DNA of 32,000 bases from Burkholderiales bacterium (GTDB lineage: Bacteria > Pseudomonadota > Gammaproteobacteria > Burkholderiales > Burkholderiaceae_D), in the NCBI GenBank assembly GCA_947451925.1, contig CANGAW010000015.1:13625-45624 (forward strand), written 5' to 3'. The translations under genes and the position numbers were made by a program. The notes beneath the pieces are model-generated. The model saw only the letters and a list, made by a program, of their open reading frames with translations. It was not told where the DNA came from and did not search any database. Positions 24,716 through 32,000 of the stretch are shown here, in pieces. How positions within the stretch are numbered: position 1 is the stretch's first letter; the number at the start of each line of letters is the position of its first letter.

Positions 24716-24791
24716 TGGCTCCCCGACCTGGACTCGAACCAGGGACCTGCGGATTAACAGTCCGTCGCTCTACCAACTGAGCTATCAGGGA
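24716..24791 (-). tRNA. tRNA-Asn (anticodon GUU), 76 nt with encoded CCA
   Basis: Sense strand: TCCCTGATAGCTCAGTTGGTAGAGCGACGGACTGTTAATCCGCAGGTCCCTGGTTCGAGTCCAGGTCGGGGAGCCA. Cloverleaf folded by hand: 7-bp acceptor stem (with U5-G68), anticodon loop CUGUUAA, T-arm CCTGG/TTCGAGT/CCAGG. Very similar to E. coli tRNA-Asn. Confidence 0.95.
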
Positions 24792-24802
24792 ACAGAGGAA
24801 AG

Positions 24803-24831
24803 AGTATGACTGAGTTTTACTGATTTGTCAA
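24803..24831 (-). promoter_or_regulatory. sigma70-like promoter for tRNA-Asn
   Basis: Minus strand has TTGACA (24831-24826), a 17-nt spacer and CATACT (24808-24803), 11 nt before the tRNA 5' end. Confidence 0.55.
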
Positions 24832-24875
24832 AATAAACTGCTCTACATCAACACAAAATATTCAGGCAGCGATGC

Positions 24876-26090
24876 TTACAATACCTTTGCGATGGCGTCC
24901 ACCACACGATCGATATTGCGTGAGTTCAGTGCAGCGACACAAATGCGACCGGTGTCGACAGCATAGATAGAAAACTCGTTTTTCAGGCGCTCGACTTGTG
25001 CCTTGGTCAGGCCCGAATACGAAAACATGCCGCGCTGCTGGATCACGAAATCGAAATTGTGCTGGGGTGCTTTTTCTTTCAGTTTGCTGACCAGCGTTTG
25101 ACGCATTTCGCGAATCCGCACGCGCATGCCCGCAAGTTCTTCTTCCCACAACTGACGCAGTTCCGGTGTGGCCAGTGCTGTTGCCACCACTTGGCCGCCA
25201 TGCATAGGAGGGTTGGAATAGTTAGTGCGAATGACGCGCTTTAATTGCGACATCAGCCGTGCGGCTTCTTCTGCATTGACCGCCACAATCGACAGGGCGC
25301 CAACACGTTCGCCGTACAGCGAGAATGATTTTGAAAACGAGTTCGACACAAACAAAGGGCCGCCTGCAGCGGCAAACTGGCGAACCACTTTGCCATCGGC
25401 TTCAATGCCGTCGCCAAAGCCCTGGTAAGCCATGTCGAGGAAAGGGATCAGGCCGCGCTTGGTCACCACGTCAATAACTTGCACCCACTGTGCGTCCGAC
25501 AGATCAGCGCCGGTCGGATTGTGGCAGCACGCATGCAGCAGCACGATGGAGCCGGCTGGCATGGTGTTGAGCGCATCGAGCATGCCGCTGAAATTCACGC
25601 CGCGGGTAGCTGCATCGTAGTACGGGTAGTTGTTGACGACGAAGCCGGCTGATTCAAACAGTGCGCGGTGGTTTTCCCAGCTCGGGTCACTGATATAAAC
25701 CTGTGCATCCGGTGCAAAACGCTTGAGGAAGTCGGCACCCAGTTTCAGCGCGCCAGTGCCGCCAATGGCTTGCGCGGTAATCGCGCGTTTGGAAGTGACG
25801 ACTTCGCTATCAGCGCCGAATACCAGTTCTTGCACGGCCTTGTCGTAGGCAGCCAGGCCTTCGATAGGCAAATAAGTGCGCGGTGCGGCCTTGGCCATCA
25901 ACAGCGCTTCGGATTTTTGTACGCAGTCCAGCAGCGGTACTTTGCCGTTGTCGTCGTAATAGACGCCCACGCCAAGATTAGTTTTGTCAGGATTTTTGTC
26001 TGCGTTGAATGCCTCGGTAATACCAAGGATAGGGTCGCGCGGGGCCATTTCAATGGCAGCAAACAGGGGGGCAGGAAGCGGTGCGTTCAT
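24876..26090 (-). CDS. aspartate/aromatic-amino-acid aminotransferase (AspC/TyrB class I family)
   Basis: Start taken at ATG 26090 ([50 protein letters not shown]...). PLP-Lys motif [14 protein letters not shown]. The 22 extra residues of the track ORF look non-native. Confidence 0.85.
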   Translation of the reverse strand: MNAPLPAPLFAAIEMAPRDPILGITEAFNADKNPDKTNLGVGVYYDDNGKVPLLDCVQKSEALLMAKAAPRTYLPIEGLAAYDKAVQELVFGADSEVVTSKRAITAQAIGGTGALKLGADFLKRFAPDAQVYISDPSWENHRALFESAGFVVNNYPYYDAATRGVNFSGMLDALNTMPAGSIVLLHACCHNPTGADLSDAQWVQVIDVVTKRGLIPFLDMAYQGFGDGIEADGKVVRQFAAAGGPLFVSNSFSKSFSLYGERVGALSIVAVNAEEAARLMSQLKRVIRTNYSNPPMHGGQVVATALATPELRQLWEEELAGMRVRIREMRQTLVSKLKEKAPQHNFDFVIQQRGMFSYSGLTKAQVERLKNEFSIYAVDTGRICVAALNSRNIDRVVDAIAKVL

Positions 26091-26208
26091 CGTGATACCA
26101 TCAAAAGTTAGCTTGAAAAAGCAATGCACTAGCAATATTTGTAAGAAGACGCGCAATGAATTAGCAGCGCATCAACCAAACCACGCATTTTACCAAAGGT
26201 CAAAACAG

Positions 26209-28302
26209 ATGGCTGAATTATCCCAAGTGGAAAGCCCGCTGGACGCTTCACGGATGGTGACTTTTCCCGATTCCCCGTTTCGTTTGTGCCAGCCCTTTGA
26301 GCCGGCTGGCGATCAGCCGCAGGCGATCGCCAAGCTGGTTGAAGGTATTGAAGACGGCCTGTCCTTCCAGACACTGCTTGGTGTGACCGGCTCCGGCAAG
26401 ACTTTTACCATGGCCAATGTGATTGCCCGCATGGGGCGACCGGCCATTATTTTTGCGCCCAACAAAACCCTGGCCGCGCAGCTGTATAGCGAGTTTCGTG
26501 ATTTCTTCCCGCAAAATGCGGTCGAATATTTCGTCAGTTACTACGACTACTATCAGCCCGAGGCCTATGTGCCGCAGCGTGATTTGTTCATTGAAAAAGA
26601 TTCGGCCATTAATGAACACATCGAACAGATGCGGCTCTCTTGCACCAAGTCGCTGATGGAAAGGCGTGATGTGGTGATCGTTGCCACCGTCTCGGCCATT
26701 TACGGTATTGGTAATCCGAGCGAATACCATCAGATGGTGCTGACCCTGCGCGCCAAAGACAAGCTCTCGCAGCGTGATGTGATTGCGAGGCTGATCCAGA
26801 TGCAATACACCCGTAACGATATTGACTTTGGGCGCGGTACTTTCCGCGTGCGCGGCGACACGCTGGACATTTTTCCGGCTGAGCATGCCGAGCTGGCAGT
26901 GCGGGTGGAATTGTTTGATGACGAAATCGACAGCCTGCAATTATTTGACCCGTTGACCGGGCGCGTGCGGCAAAAAATTCCGCGCTTTACGGTCTACCCG
27001 GGCTCCCACTACGTCACGCCGCGTTCTACGGTGCTGCGCGCCATTGAAAGCATCAAGGTCGAGTTGCGAGAGCGGCTGGAGTTTTTCCGTAAAGAGAACA
27101 AGCTGATCGAAGAACAGCGCATTGAACAGCGCACCCGCTTTGACCTGGAAATGATGCAGGAAATCGGTTTCACCAAAGGTATCGAAAACTACTCGCGGCA
27201 TTTGTCCGGTGCCAAGCCGGGCGAGCCGCCACCAACGCTGGTGGACTATTTGCCGCAAGACGCATTGATGTTTCTCGATGAGTCGCACGTGCTGACCGGA
27301 CAGCTTACCGGTATGTACAACGGCGACCGCGCCCGTAAAACAAACCTGGTGGATTACGGTTTCCGTCTGCCTTCGGCGCTGGACAACCGGCCGCTGCGCT
27401 TTGATGAGTTCGAAGCCAAAATGCGTCAGCTCGTATTTGTATCCGCCACACCGGCTGAATACGAGCGCACCCATTCCGGTCAGGTGGTTGAACAAGTGGT
27501 GCGCCCGACCGGACTGGTTGACCCGATGATTGAGGTTCGTCCCGCCAGCACGCAAGTCGATGACTTGATGGGGGAAATTGCACTGCGGGTCAAACTCAAT
27601 GAACGCGTATTGGTGACCACGCTGACCAAGCGCATGTCGGAACAACTGACCGAATTTTTAAGCGATAACGGCGTCAAGGTACGTTATCTGCATAGCGACA
27701 TTGATACCGTCGAGCGGGTAGAGATTTTGCGCGATTTGCGCCTTGGTGTGTTTGACGTATTAGTCGGCATTAACCTTTTGCGCGAAGGTCTGGATATTCC
27801 TGAGGTATCTTTGGTGGCGATTCTGGATGCGGACAAAGAAGGCTTTTTGCGCTCCGAGCGCAGTCTGATCCAGACCATAGGCCGCGCTGCGCGTAACCTT
27901 AATGGCCGGGCGATTTTATATGGCGACAAGATCACCGAATCAATGAAGCGCGCCATGGGTGAAACCGAGCGCCGTCGCAATAAGCAGCTTGCTTTTAACC
28001 TTGAAAATAACATCACCCCGATTGGTATCAAGAAGCAGATTCGGGAATTGATTGATGGTGTCTACAAGGTGGATGAAGCACGCGCCGAGCTGATGGCCGC
28101 GCAAGAGCAGGCCAAGTATGAGTCCATGAGTCAGAAGCAGGTGAGCAAGGAAATCAAACGCCTGGAAAAACTGATGCAAGACCATGCAAAAAATCTGGAA
28201 TTCGAAAAAGCTGCGCAGATGCGCGATCAGCTGCACTTGTTGAAAGAGCAGTTGTTTGGCGCGCCGGGCGCCGACAATCTGAGTTCAATCACGGGTCTGT
28301 GA
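26209..28302 (+). CDS. uvrB: excinuclease ABC subunit B
   Basis: Start at ATG 26209 ([11 protein letters not shown]...). Walker [10 protein letters not shown], helicase motifs, and the C-terminal UVR domain (...[13 protein letters not shown]). Confidence 0.95.
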   Translation: MAELSQVESPLDASRMVTFPDSPFRLCQPFEPAGDQPQAIAKLVEGIEDGLSFQTLLGVTGSGKTFTMANVIARMGRPAIIFAPNKTLAAQLYSEFRDFFPQNAVEYFVSYYDYYQPEAYVPQRDLFIEKDSAINEHIEQMRLSCTKSLMERRDVVIVATVSAIYGIGNPSEYHQMVLTLRAKDKLSQRDVIARLIQMQYTRNDIDFGRGTFRVRGDTLDIFPAEHAELAVRVELFDDEIDSLQLFDPLTGRVRQKIPRFTVYPGSHYVTPRSTVLRAIESIKVELRERLEFFRKENKLIEEQRIEQRTRFDLEMMQEIGFTKGIENYSRHLSGAKPGEPPPTLVDYLPQDALMFLDESHVLTGQLTGMYNGDRARKTNLVDYGFRLPSALDNRPLRFDEFEAKMRQLVFVSATPAEYERTHSGQVVEQVVRPTGLVDPMIEVRPASTQVDDLMGEIALRVKLNERVLVTTLTKRMSEQLTEFLSDNGVKVRYLHSDIDTVERVEILRDLRLGVFDVLVGINLLREGLDIPEVSLVAILDADKEGFLRSERSLIQTIGRAARNLNGRAILYGDKITESMKRAMGETERRRNKQLAFNLENNITPIGIKKQIRELIDGVYKVDEARAELMAAQEQAKYESMSQKQVSKEIKRLEKLMQDHAKNLEFEKAAQMRDQLHLLKEQLFGAPGADNLSSITGL

Positions 28303-28303
28303 G

Positions 28304-29080
28304 ATGAGCGTGCCGTCTGTTTTTTTGGAGGCAGTCGCGCTTGCGCATCCTTCGTGGCATCCGGCATTGCGCAGCGGCCTGGCAGCAGTCGCGGCAGCTG
28401 ATCCGCATTATTTGCCATTACTGGCAGCCGATGTTTACCTGCCCACGAACGGGCGCTTGTTTGCCGCCTTTGCCCAGCCGCTTGAGGCGGTGCGCTATGT
28501 ATTGGTGGGTGAGGGGCCTTATCCGCGGCAGGAAAGCGCCACCGGCTTTTGCTTCATGGATGGTGCTGTCGGGCCTCTGTGGTCAGAGCAGGGCTTGTCC
28601 AAGCCAGTTAACCGCGCCACGTCCCTGCGTAACTTCATGAAAATGCTGCTGGTCGCTGACAGGCAGCTTTTGCCGGACGCGACAGGGGCCGGGGCCATGC
28701 TGACGGTGTCGGCAAAGGCGCGGGCAGCGGGCTCGGCTTGCATTCAGACTTTGCCGGATTTGCAGCGCAACTTGATGCGTCACGGTTTTTTGCTGCTCAA
28801 TGCAGCGCTGGTGTTTCGGACAACAGTTGCACCTTTGAAGGACGCAAAAGCCTGGCAGCCCTTGATCGAGGTCGTGCTGGCGGCGTTGGCCAATCGGCAA
28901 GAAACGATGCCGGTACTGGTTTTGTGGGGAAAAATCGCGGCTTGGTTTGATACCTTGCCGGCCGTATCGCATTTTCCCAAGGCTGTGGCAGAGCATCCGT
29001 ACAACCTGTCTTTTATTCTGAATCAGGACATGCAGCGCCTGTTCGGACCGCTGCATTTGCTCCGGCAGGCAGACAACTAG
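28304..29080 (+). CDS. uracil-DNA-glycosylase-superfamily-like protein with atypical motif A
   Basis: VRYVLVGEGPYPRQESATGFCFMD aligns by eye to the UNG motif [24 protein letters not shown]. The start lies 1 nt after the uvrB stop. Confidence 0.5.
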   Translation: MSVPSVFLEAVALAHPSWHPALRSGLAAVAAADPHYLPLLAADVYLPTNGRLFAAFAQPLEAVRYVLVGEGPYPRQESATGFCFMDGAVGPLWSEQGLSKPVNRATSLRNFMKMLLVADRQLLPDATGAGAMLTVSAKARAAGSACIQTLPDLQRNLMRHGFLLLNAALVFRTTVAPLKDAKAWQPLIEVVLAALANRQETMPVLVLWGKIAAWFDTLPAVSHFPKAVAEHPYNLSFILNQDMQRLFGPLHLLRQADN

Positions 29081-29154
29081 CCAGGCGATTGCATAGCGGT
29101 TTGTCTAAAAGTTCCCGTAAATCCGAGTACCTGACGAATCCACTCAAGTTTGCT

Positions 29155-29179
29155 ATACTTGACCAAATTGTTCGGGAAT
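29155..29179. promoter_or_regulatory. candidate type-1 IscR binding site in the isc promoter
   Basis: ATACTTGACCAAATTGTTCGGGAAT closely resembles the E. coli iscR-promoter site as I remember it (ATAGTTGACCAATTTACTCGGGAAT). It lies 46 nt upstream of the iscR start. Confidence 0.5.
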
Positions 29180-29224
29180 CGGTTTCTCGAAACAGACCGC
29201 AGTCAAATTGTTGGAGTGGATCTC

Positions 29225-29701
29225 ATGCGACTGACTACCAAAGGCCGTTTTGCCGTTACTGCCATGATTGATCTGGCGCTGCGCCAGCATCACGGCCCGG
29301 TCACGCTCGCCGGCATCAGCCAGCGGCAGGAAATTTCGCTTTCTTATCTTGAGCAACTGTTTGGCAAATTGCGCCGGCACGAGATTGTTGACTCCGTGCG
29401 CGGGCCGGGTGGTGGTTACAACCTGGCACGCCGGCCGGAAAATATTACCGTTGCCGACATCATCATTGCAGTCGATGAACCGCTGGATGCAACGCAGTGT
29501 GGTGGCCGTGAAAATTGCCATGGCCATGGCGAAGTCGTCGGCACCCGCTGCATGACGCACGACCTGTGGGCAACGCTGAATGCCAAAATGGTTGATTATC
29601 TCGACTCGGTGTCGTTAAAAGATCTGGTTGAACAGCAAACACAAAAAATTATTGAACCGCAACCCATCGTCGTGATGCATCGCTCGCATCAGATTGCCTG
29701 A
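29225..29701 (+). CDS. iscR: Fe-S cluster assembly transcriptional regulator IscR (Rrf2 family)
   Basis: Start at ATG 29225 ([19 protein letters not shown]...). wHTH plus Cys ligands ([11 protein letters not shown]...C). Confidence 0.9.
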   Translation: MRLTTKGRFAVTAMIDLALRQHHGPVTLAGISQRQEISLSYLEQLFGKLRRHEIVDSVRGPGGGYNLARRPENITVADIIIAVDEPLDATQCGGRENCHGHGEVVGTRCMTHDLWATLNAKMVDYLDSVSLKDLVEQQTQKIIEPQPIVVMHRSHQIA

Positions 29702-29721
29702 ATTTATCGGAGCCACAGAAC

Positions 29722-30975
29722 ATGAACGCCCCCCTAGAAAAATCTTTGATTGACACCCTCAGAGCACCGCATTTTCCGGTGTACATGGACTACTCGTCCA
29801 CCACGCCCATCGATCCGCGCGTTGCCGACAAAATGATTCCTTTCCTGCGCGAGCAGTTCGGTAATCCGGCTTCACGCAGCCACATGTATGGCTGGACTGC
29901 AGAAAAAGCGGTGGAAGAAGCCCGTGAACACGTAGCGGCTCTGGTGAATGCCGATTCGCGTGAAATCATCTGGACTTCAGGCGCAACCGAAGGCAATAAC
30001 CTGGCAATCAAAGGGGCTGCGCACTTTTATCAGACCAAGGGCAAGCACATCATCACCGTCAAGACCGAGCACAAGGCTGTGCTCGATACGGTGCGCGAAC
30101 TGGAGCGTCAGGGCTTTGAGGCGACCTATCTGCAACCGCAAGACAATGGCCTGATTACGGTGCAGCAGCTGGCTGAAGCGATTCGTCCTGACACCATTTT
30201 AGTGTCCGTGATGTGGGTCAATAATGAAATTGGCGTCATTCAGCCGATTGATGAAATCGGTGAACTCTGCCGCAGCAAAGGTATTATTTTCCATTCGGAC
30301 GCAGCGCAAGCCACCGGCAAGACGCCAATCGATCTGGAAAAAACCAAGGTCGATCTGGTGACCTTTACGGCCCACAAGTCCTACGGTCCCAAAGGCATTG
30401 GTGCCTTGTATGTGCGTCGCAAACCGCGTGTGCGTCTTGAGGCGCAAATGCATGGCGGCGGTCATGAGCGCGGTCTGCGTTCCGGCACGCTGGCACCGCA
30501 TCAGATCGTTGGCATGGGTGAAGCCTTCCGACTGGCCAAAGAAGAGATGGCCACCGAGACCGTTCGCATTCAGTCGCTGCGCGACCGTCTGGCCAAAGGC
30601 CTGTCGGAAATGGAAGAGGTCTATATCAATGGCGACATGGCGCATCGCGTGCCGCACAACCTCAATGTCAGCTTCAACTATGTCGAAGGCGAATCCCTGA
30701 TCATGGCGATCAAAGATATTGCGGTCTCGTCCGGTTCGGCCTGTACTTCAGCCAGCCTTGAGCCTTCTTATGTGCTGCGGGCCCTGGGCCGCAGCGATGA
30801 GCTTGCGCACAGCTCGATTCGTTTCACCTTCGGTCGCTTTACCACCGTTGAAGATATCGACTTCACGATTGACCTGATCAAGAAAAAAGTCGACAAGCTG
30901 CGTCAACTCTCGCCGCTGTGGGACATGTACAAAGACGGTATCGACATCAGTTCGATCCAATGGGCTGCACACTAA
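29722..30975 (+). CDS. iscS: cysteine desulfurase IscS
   Basis: Active-site loop [24 protein letters not shown]-Lys region [16 protein letters not shown]. Confidence 0.95.
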   Translation: MNAPLEKSLIDTLRAPHFPVYMDYSSTTPIDPRVADKMIPFLREQFGNPASRSHMYGWTAEKAVEEAREHVAALVNADSREIIWTSGATEGNNLAIKGAAHFYQTKGKHIITVKTEHKAVLDTVRELERQGFEATYLQPQDNGLITVQQLAEAIRPDTILVSVMWVNNEIGVIQPIDEIGELCRSKGIIFHSDAAQATGKTPIDLEKTKVDLVTFTAHKSYGPKGIGALYVRRKPRVRLEAQMHGGGHERGLRSGTLAPHQIVGMGEAFRLAKEEMATETVRIQSLRDRLAKGLSEMEEVYINGDMAHRVPHNLNVSFNYVEGESLIMAIKDIAVSSGSACTSASLEPSYVLRALGRSDELAHSSIRFTFGRFTTVEDIDFTIDLIKKKVDKLRQLSPLWDMYKDGIDISSIQWAAH

Positions 30976-30999
30976 TTTAACGTTTTCAGGAGCATTACC

Positions 31000-31401
31000 A
31001 TGGCTTACTCAGACAAAGTTCTCGACCACTACGAAAATCCGCGCAACGTGGGCGCCTTCACCAAAGGTGACGACACCGTCGGCACCGGCATGGTTGGCGC
31101 ACCGGCTTGCGGCGACGTGATGAAATTGCAAATCAAGGTCGGCGCCGATGGCGTGATCGAAGACGCAAAATTCAAAACCTATGGTTGCGGTTCGGCGATT
31201 GCTTCTTCTTCACTGGTGACCGAATGGGTCAAGGGCAAAACCCTGGAGCAGGCACTGGCAATCAAGAACACGCACATCGCGGAAGAACTGGCCCTGCCAC
31301 CGGTAAAAATTCACTGCTCGATTCTGGCTGAAGACGCGATCAAGGCAGCGGTCGAAGACTATAAGGCCAGGCATGCTGGCGAGACCAAAGAAGCCGCTTA
31401 A
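31000..31401 (+). CDS. iscU: Fe-S cluster scaffold IscU
   Basis: GAPACGDVMKL, YGCGSAIASSS and IHCSILAEDAIKAA. Confidence 0.95.
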   Translation: MAYSDKVLDHYENPRNVGAFTKGDDTVGTGMVGAPACGDVMKLQIKVGADGVIEDAKFKTYGCGSAIASSSLVTEWVKGKTLEQALAIKNTHIAEELALPPVKIHCSILAEDAIKAAVEDYKARHAGETKEAA

Positions 31402-31458
31402 GTAGCTAAACAAACATTAGCAACGTAAGCAACGCAAGCATTATAGAGAGCAACGGCA

Positions 31459-31782
31459 ATGGCAATCACACTCACAGAAAAAGCAGCAAAGCATGTGTCG
31501 CGTTATATAGAAAAGCGCGGCAAGGGCATAGGCTTGCGATTTGGCGTGCGTACCACCGGCTGCTCGGGCTTGGCTTACAAGCTTGAGTACGTCGATGACA
31601 AGGCCGATGAAGACAGCGTGTTCGAGTCCCACGGGATTCAGGTTTTCGTTGACCCGAAAAGTTTGCCTTACATCGATGGTACCGAGCTGGATTTTGCGCG
31701 CGAAGGCTTGAACGAAGGATTTAAATTTTATAATCCGAATGTCAAAAACGAATGCGGTTGTGGTGAAAGCTTCACCATCTGA
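31459..31782 (+). CDS. iscA: Fe-S cluster insertion / A-type carrier IscA
   Basis: [13 protein letters not shown]..., a Cys in ...[11 protein letters not shown], and the C-terminal CGCGESFTI. Confidence 0.9.
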   Translation: MAITLTEKAAKHVSRYIEKRGKGIGLRFGVRTTGCSGLAYKLEYVDDKADEDSVFESHGIQVFVDPKSLPYIDGTELDFAREGLNEGFKFYNPNVKNECGCGESFTI

Positions 31783-31818
31783 TCACGCTGTCATACAGGC
31801 TCTAGCCTGAACTTTTTC

Positions 31819-31850
31819 AAGCCTGTTGCAGTACCGACAGGCTTTTGTTT
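31819..31850 (+). terminator. hairpin plus T-rich tail between iscA and hscB (partial terminator or attenuator)
   Basis: AAGCCTGT-tgcagtaccg-ACAGGCTT then TTGTTTT. Confidence 0.4.
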
Positions 31851-31859
31851 TAGAACATC

Positions 31860-32000
31860 ATGCAAAATCATTTCGCTCTGTTTAACTTGCCGCCGCAATT
31901 TACGCTCGATACGGCGCAGCTCGATGCGGCTTATCGCGAAGTGCAAAATCAGGTGCATCCGGACAAATTCGTCTCCGCACCGGATGCAGAAAAACGCGTC
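31860..32000 (+). CDS. hscB: co-chaperone HscB (J-domain N-terminus; runs off the right edge)
   Basis: Manual translation MQNHFALFNLPPQFTLDTAQLDAAYREVQNQVHPDKFVSAPDAEKRV contains the HPD J-domain motif. Confidence 0.85.
   Translation, partial: MQNHFALFNLPPQFTLDTAQLDAAYREVQNQVHPDKFVSAPDAEKRV

Larger units (their letters stand above)
14120..24760 (-). mobile_element. inner tRNA-Asn-integrated genomic island (about 10.6 kb) with integrase and defence-type or unknown cargo
   Basis: Identical 45-bp direct repeats at both ends. The integrase lies near the tRNA-proximal end. AT-rich by eye compared with the flanks. Confidence 0.8.

Noticed and set aside
26248-27645. Long minus-strand ORFs (230 aa and 234 aa) inside uvrB, and similar antisense ORFs inside iscS, the aminotransferase gene and the UDG-like gene
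   Set aside because: They fully overlap strongly recognisable genes on the other strand. Their Arg/His/Gln-rich compositions carry no motifs.
1-32000. CRISPR arrays, rRNA genes, retron (RT + msr/msd) or complete IS elements
   Set aside because: There are no regularly spaced short repeats, no RT-like or Cas-like ORFs, and no terminal inverted repeats flanking a transposase. Only a 113-bp IS3 orfA stub is present.

Overview
Proteobacterial chromosomal segment, probably beta-proteobacterial judging by gene content. It has two housekeeping flanks and a visibly AT-richer accessory block inserted at a tRNA-Asn(GUU) gene.

Left core (1-10.9 kb): 5' end of arsC; a tightly packed operon of NosR/NirI-like membrane Fe-S flavoprotein, ApbE, secreted protein and NikR; a small His-bearing exported protein; a TonB-dependent receptor preceded by a NikR-type palindrome; a YdgA/DUF945-like protein; an orphan SoxY-like protein; an acyltransferase-3.

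Accessory block (10.9-24.8 kb): three direct copies of the 45-bp 3' half of tRNA-Asn delimit two tandem islands.
- Outer island: integrase-less remnant with a HigA-like remnant, VapBC, an IS3 orfA fragment and a class-II (SoFic-type) Fic protein.
- Inner island (10.6 kb): an integrase; an OLD-family ATPase-Toprim gene sitting between two diverged 95-bp copies of the integrase 5' end; a translationally coupled orf165-DUF2971 pair; a caspase-like protein that has the Cys motif but lacks the His half, plus a Cys-rich protein; a FimB/E-sized tyrosine recombinase next to a lox-like palindrome; a 1.2-kb ORF-less structured region; a GC-rich islet with duplicated covarying hairpins.

Right core (24.8-32 kb): AspC/TyrB-type aminotransferase, uvrB, a UDG-like protein, iscR-iscS-iscU-iscA and the start of hscB.

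No CRISPR array or rRNA was seen. All family assignments rest on motifs read by eye. No database search was possible.
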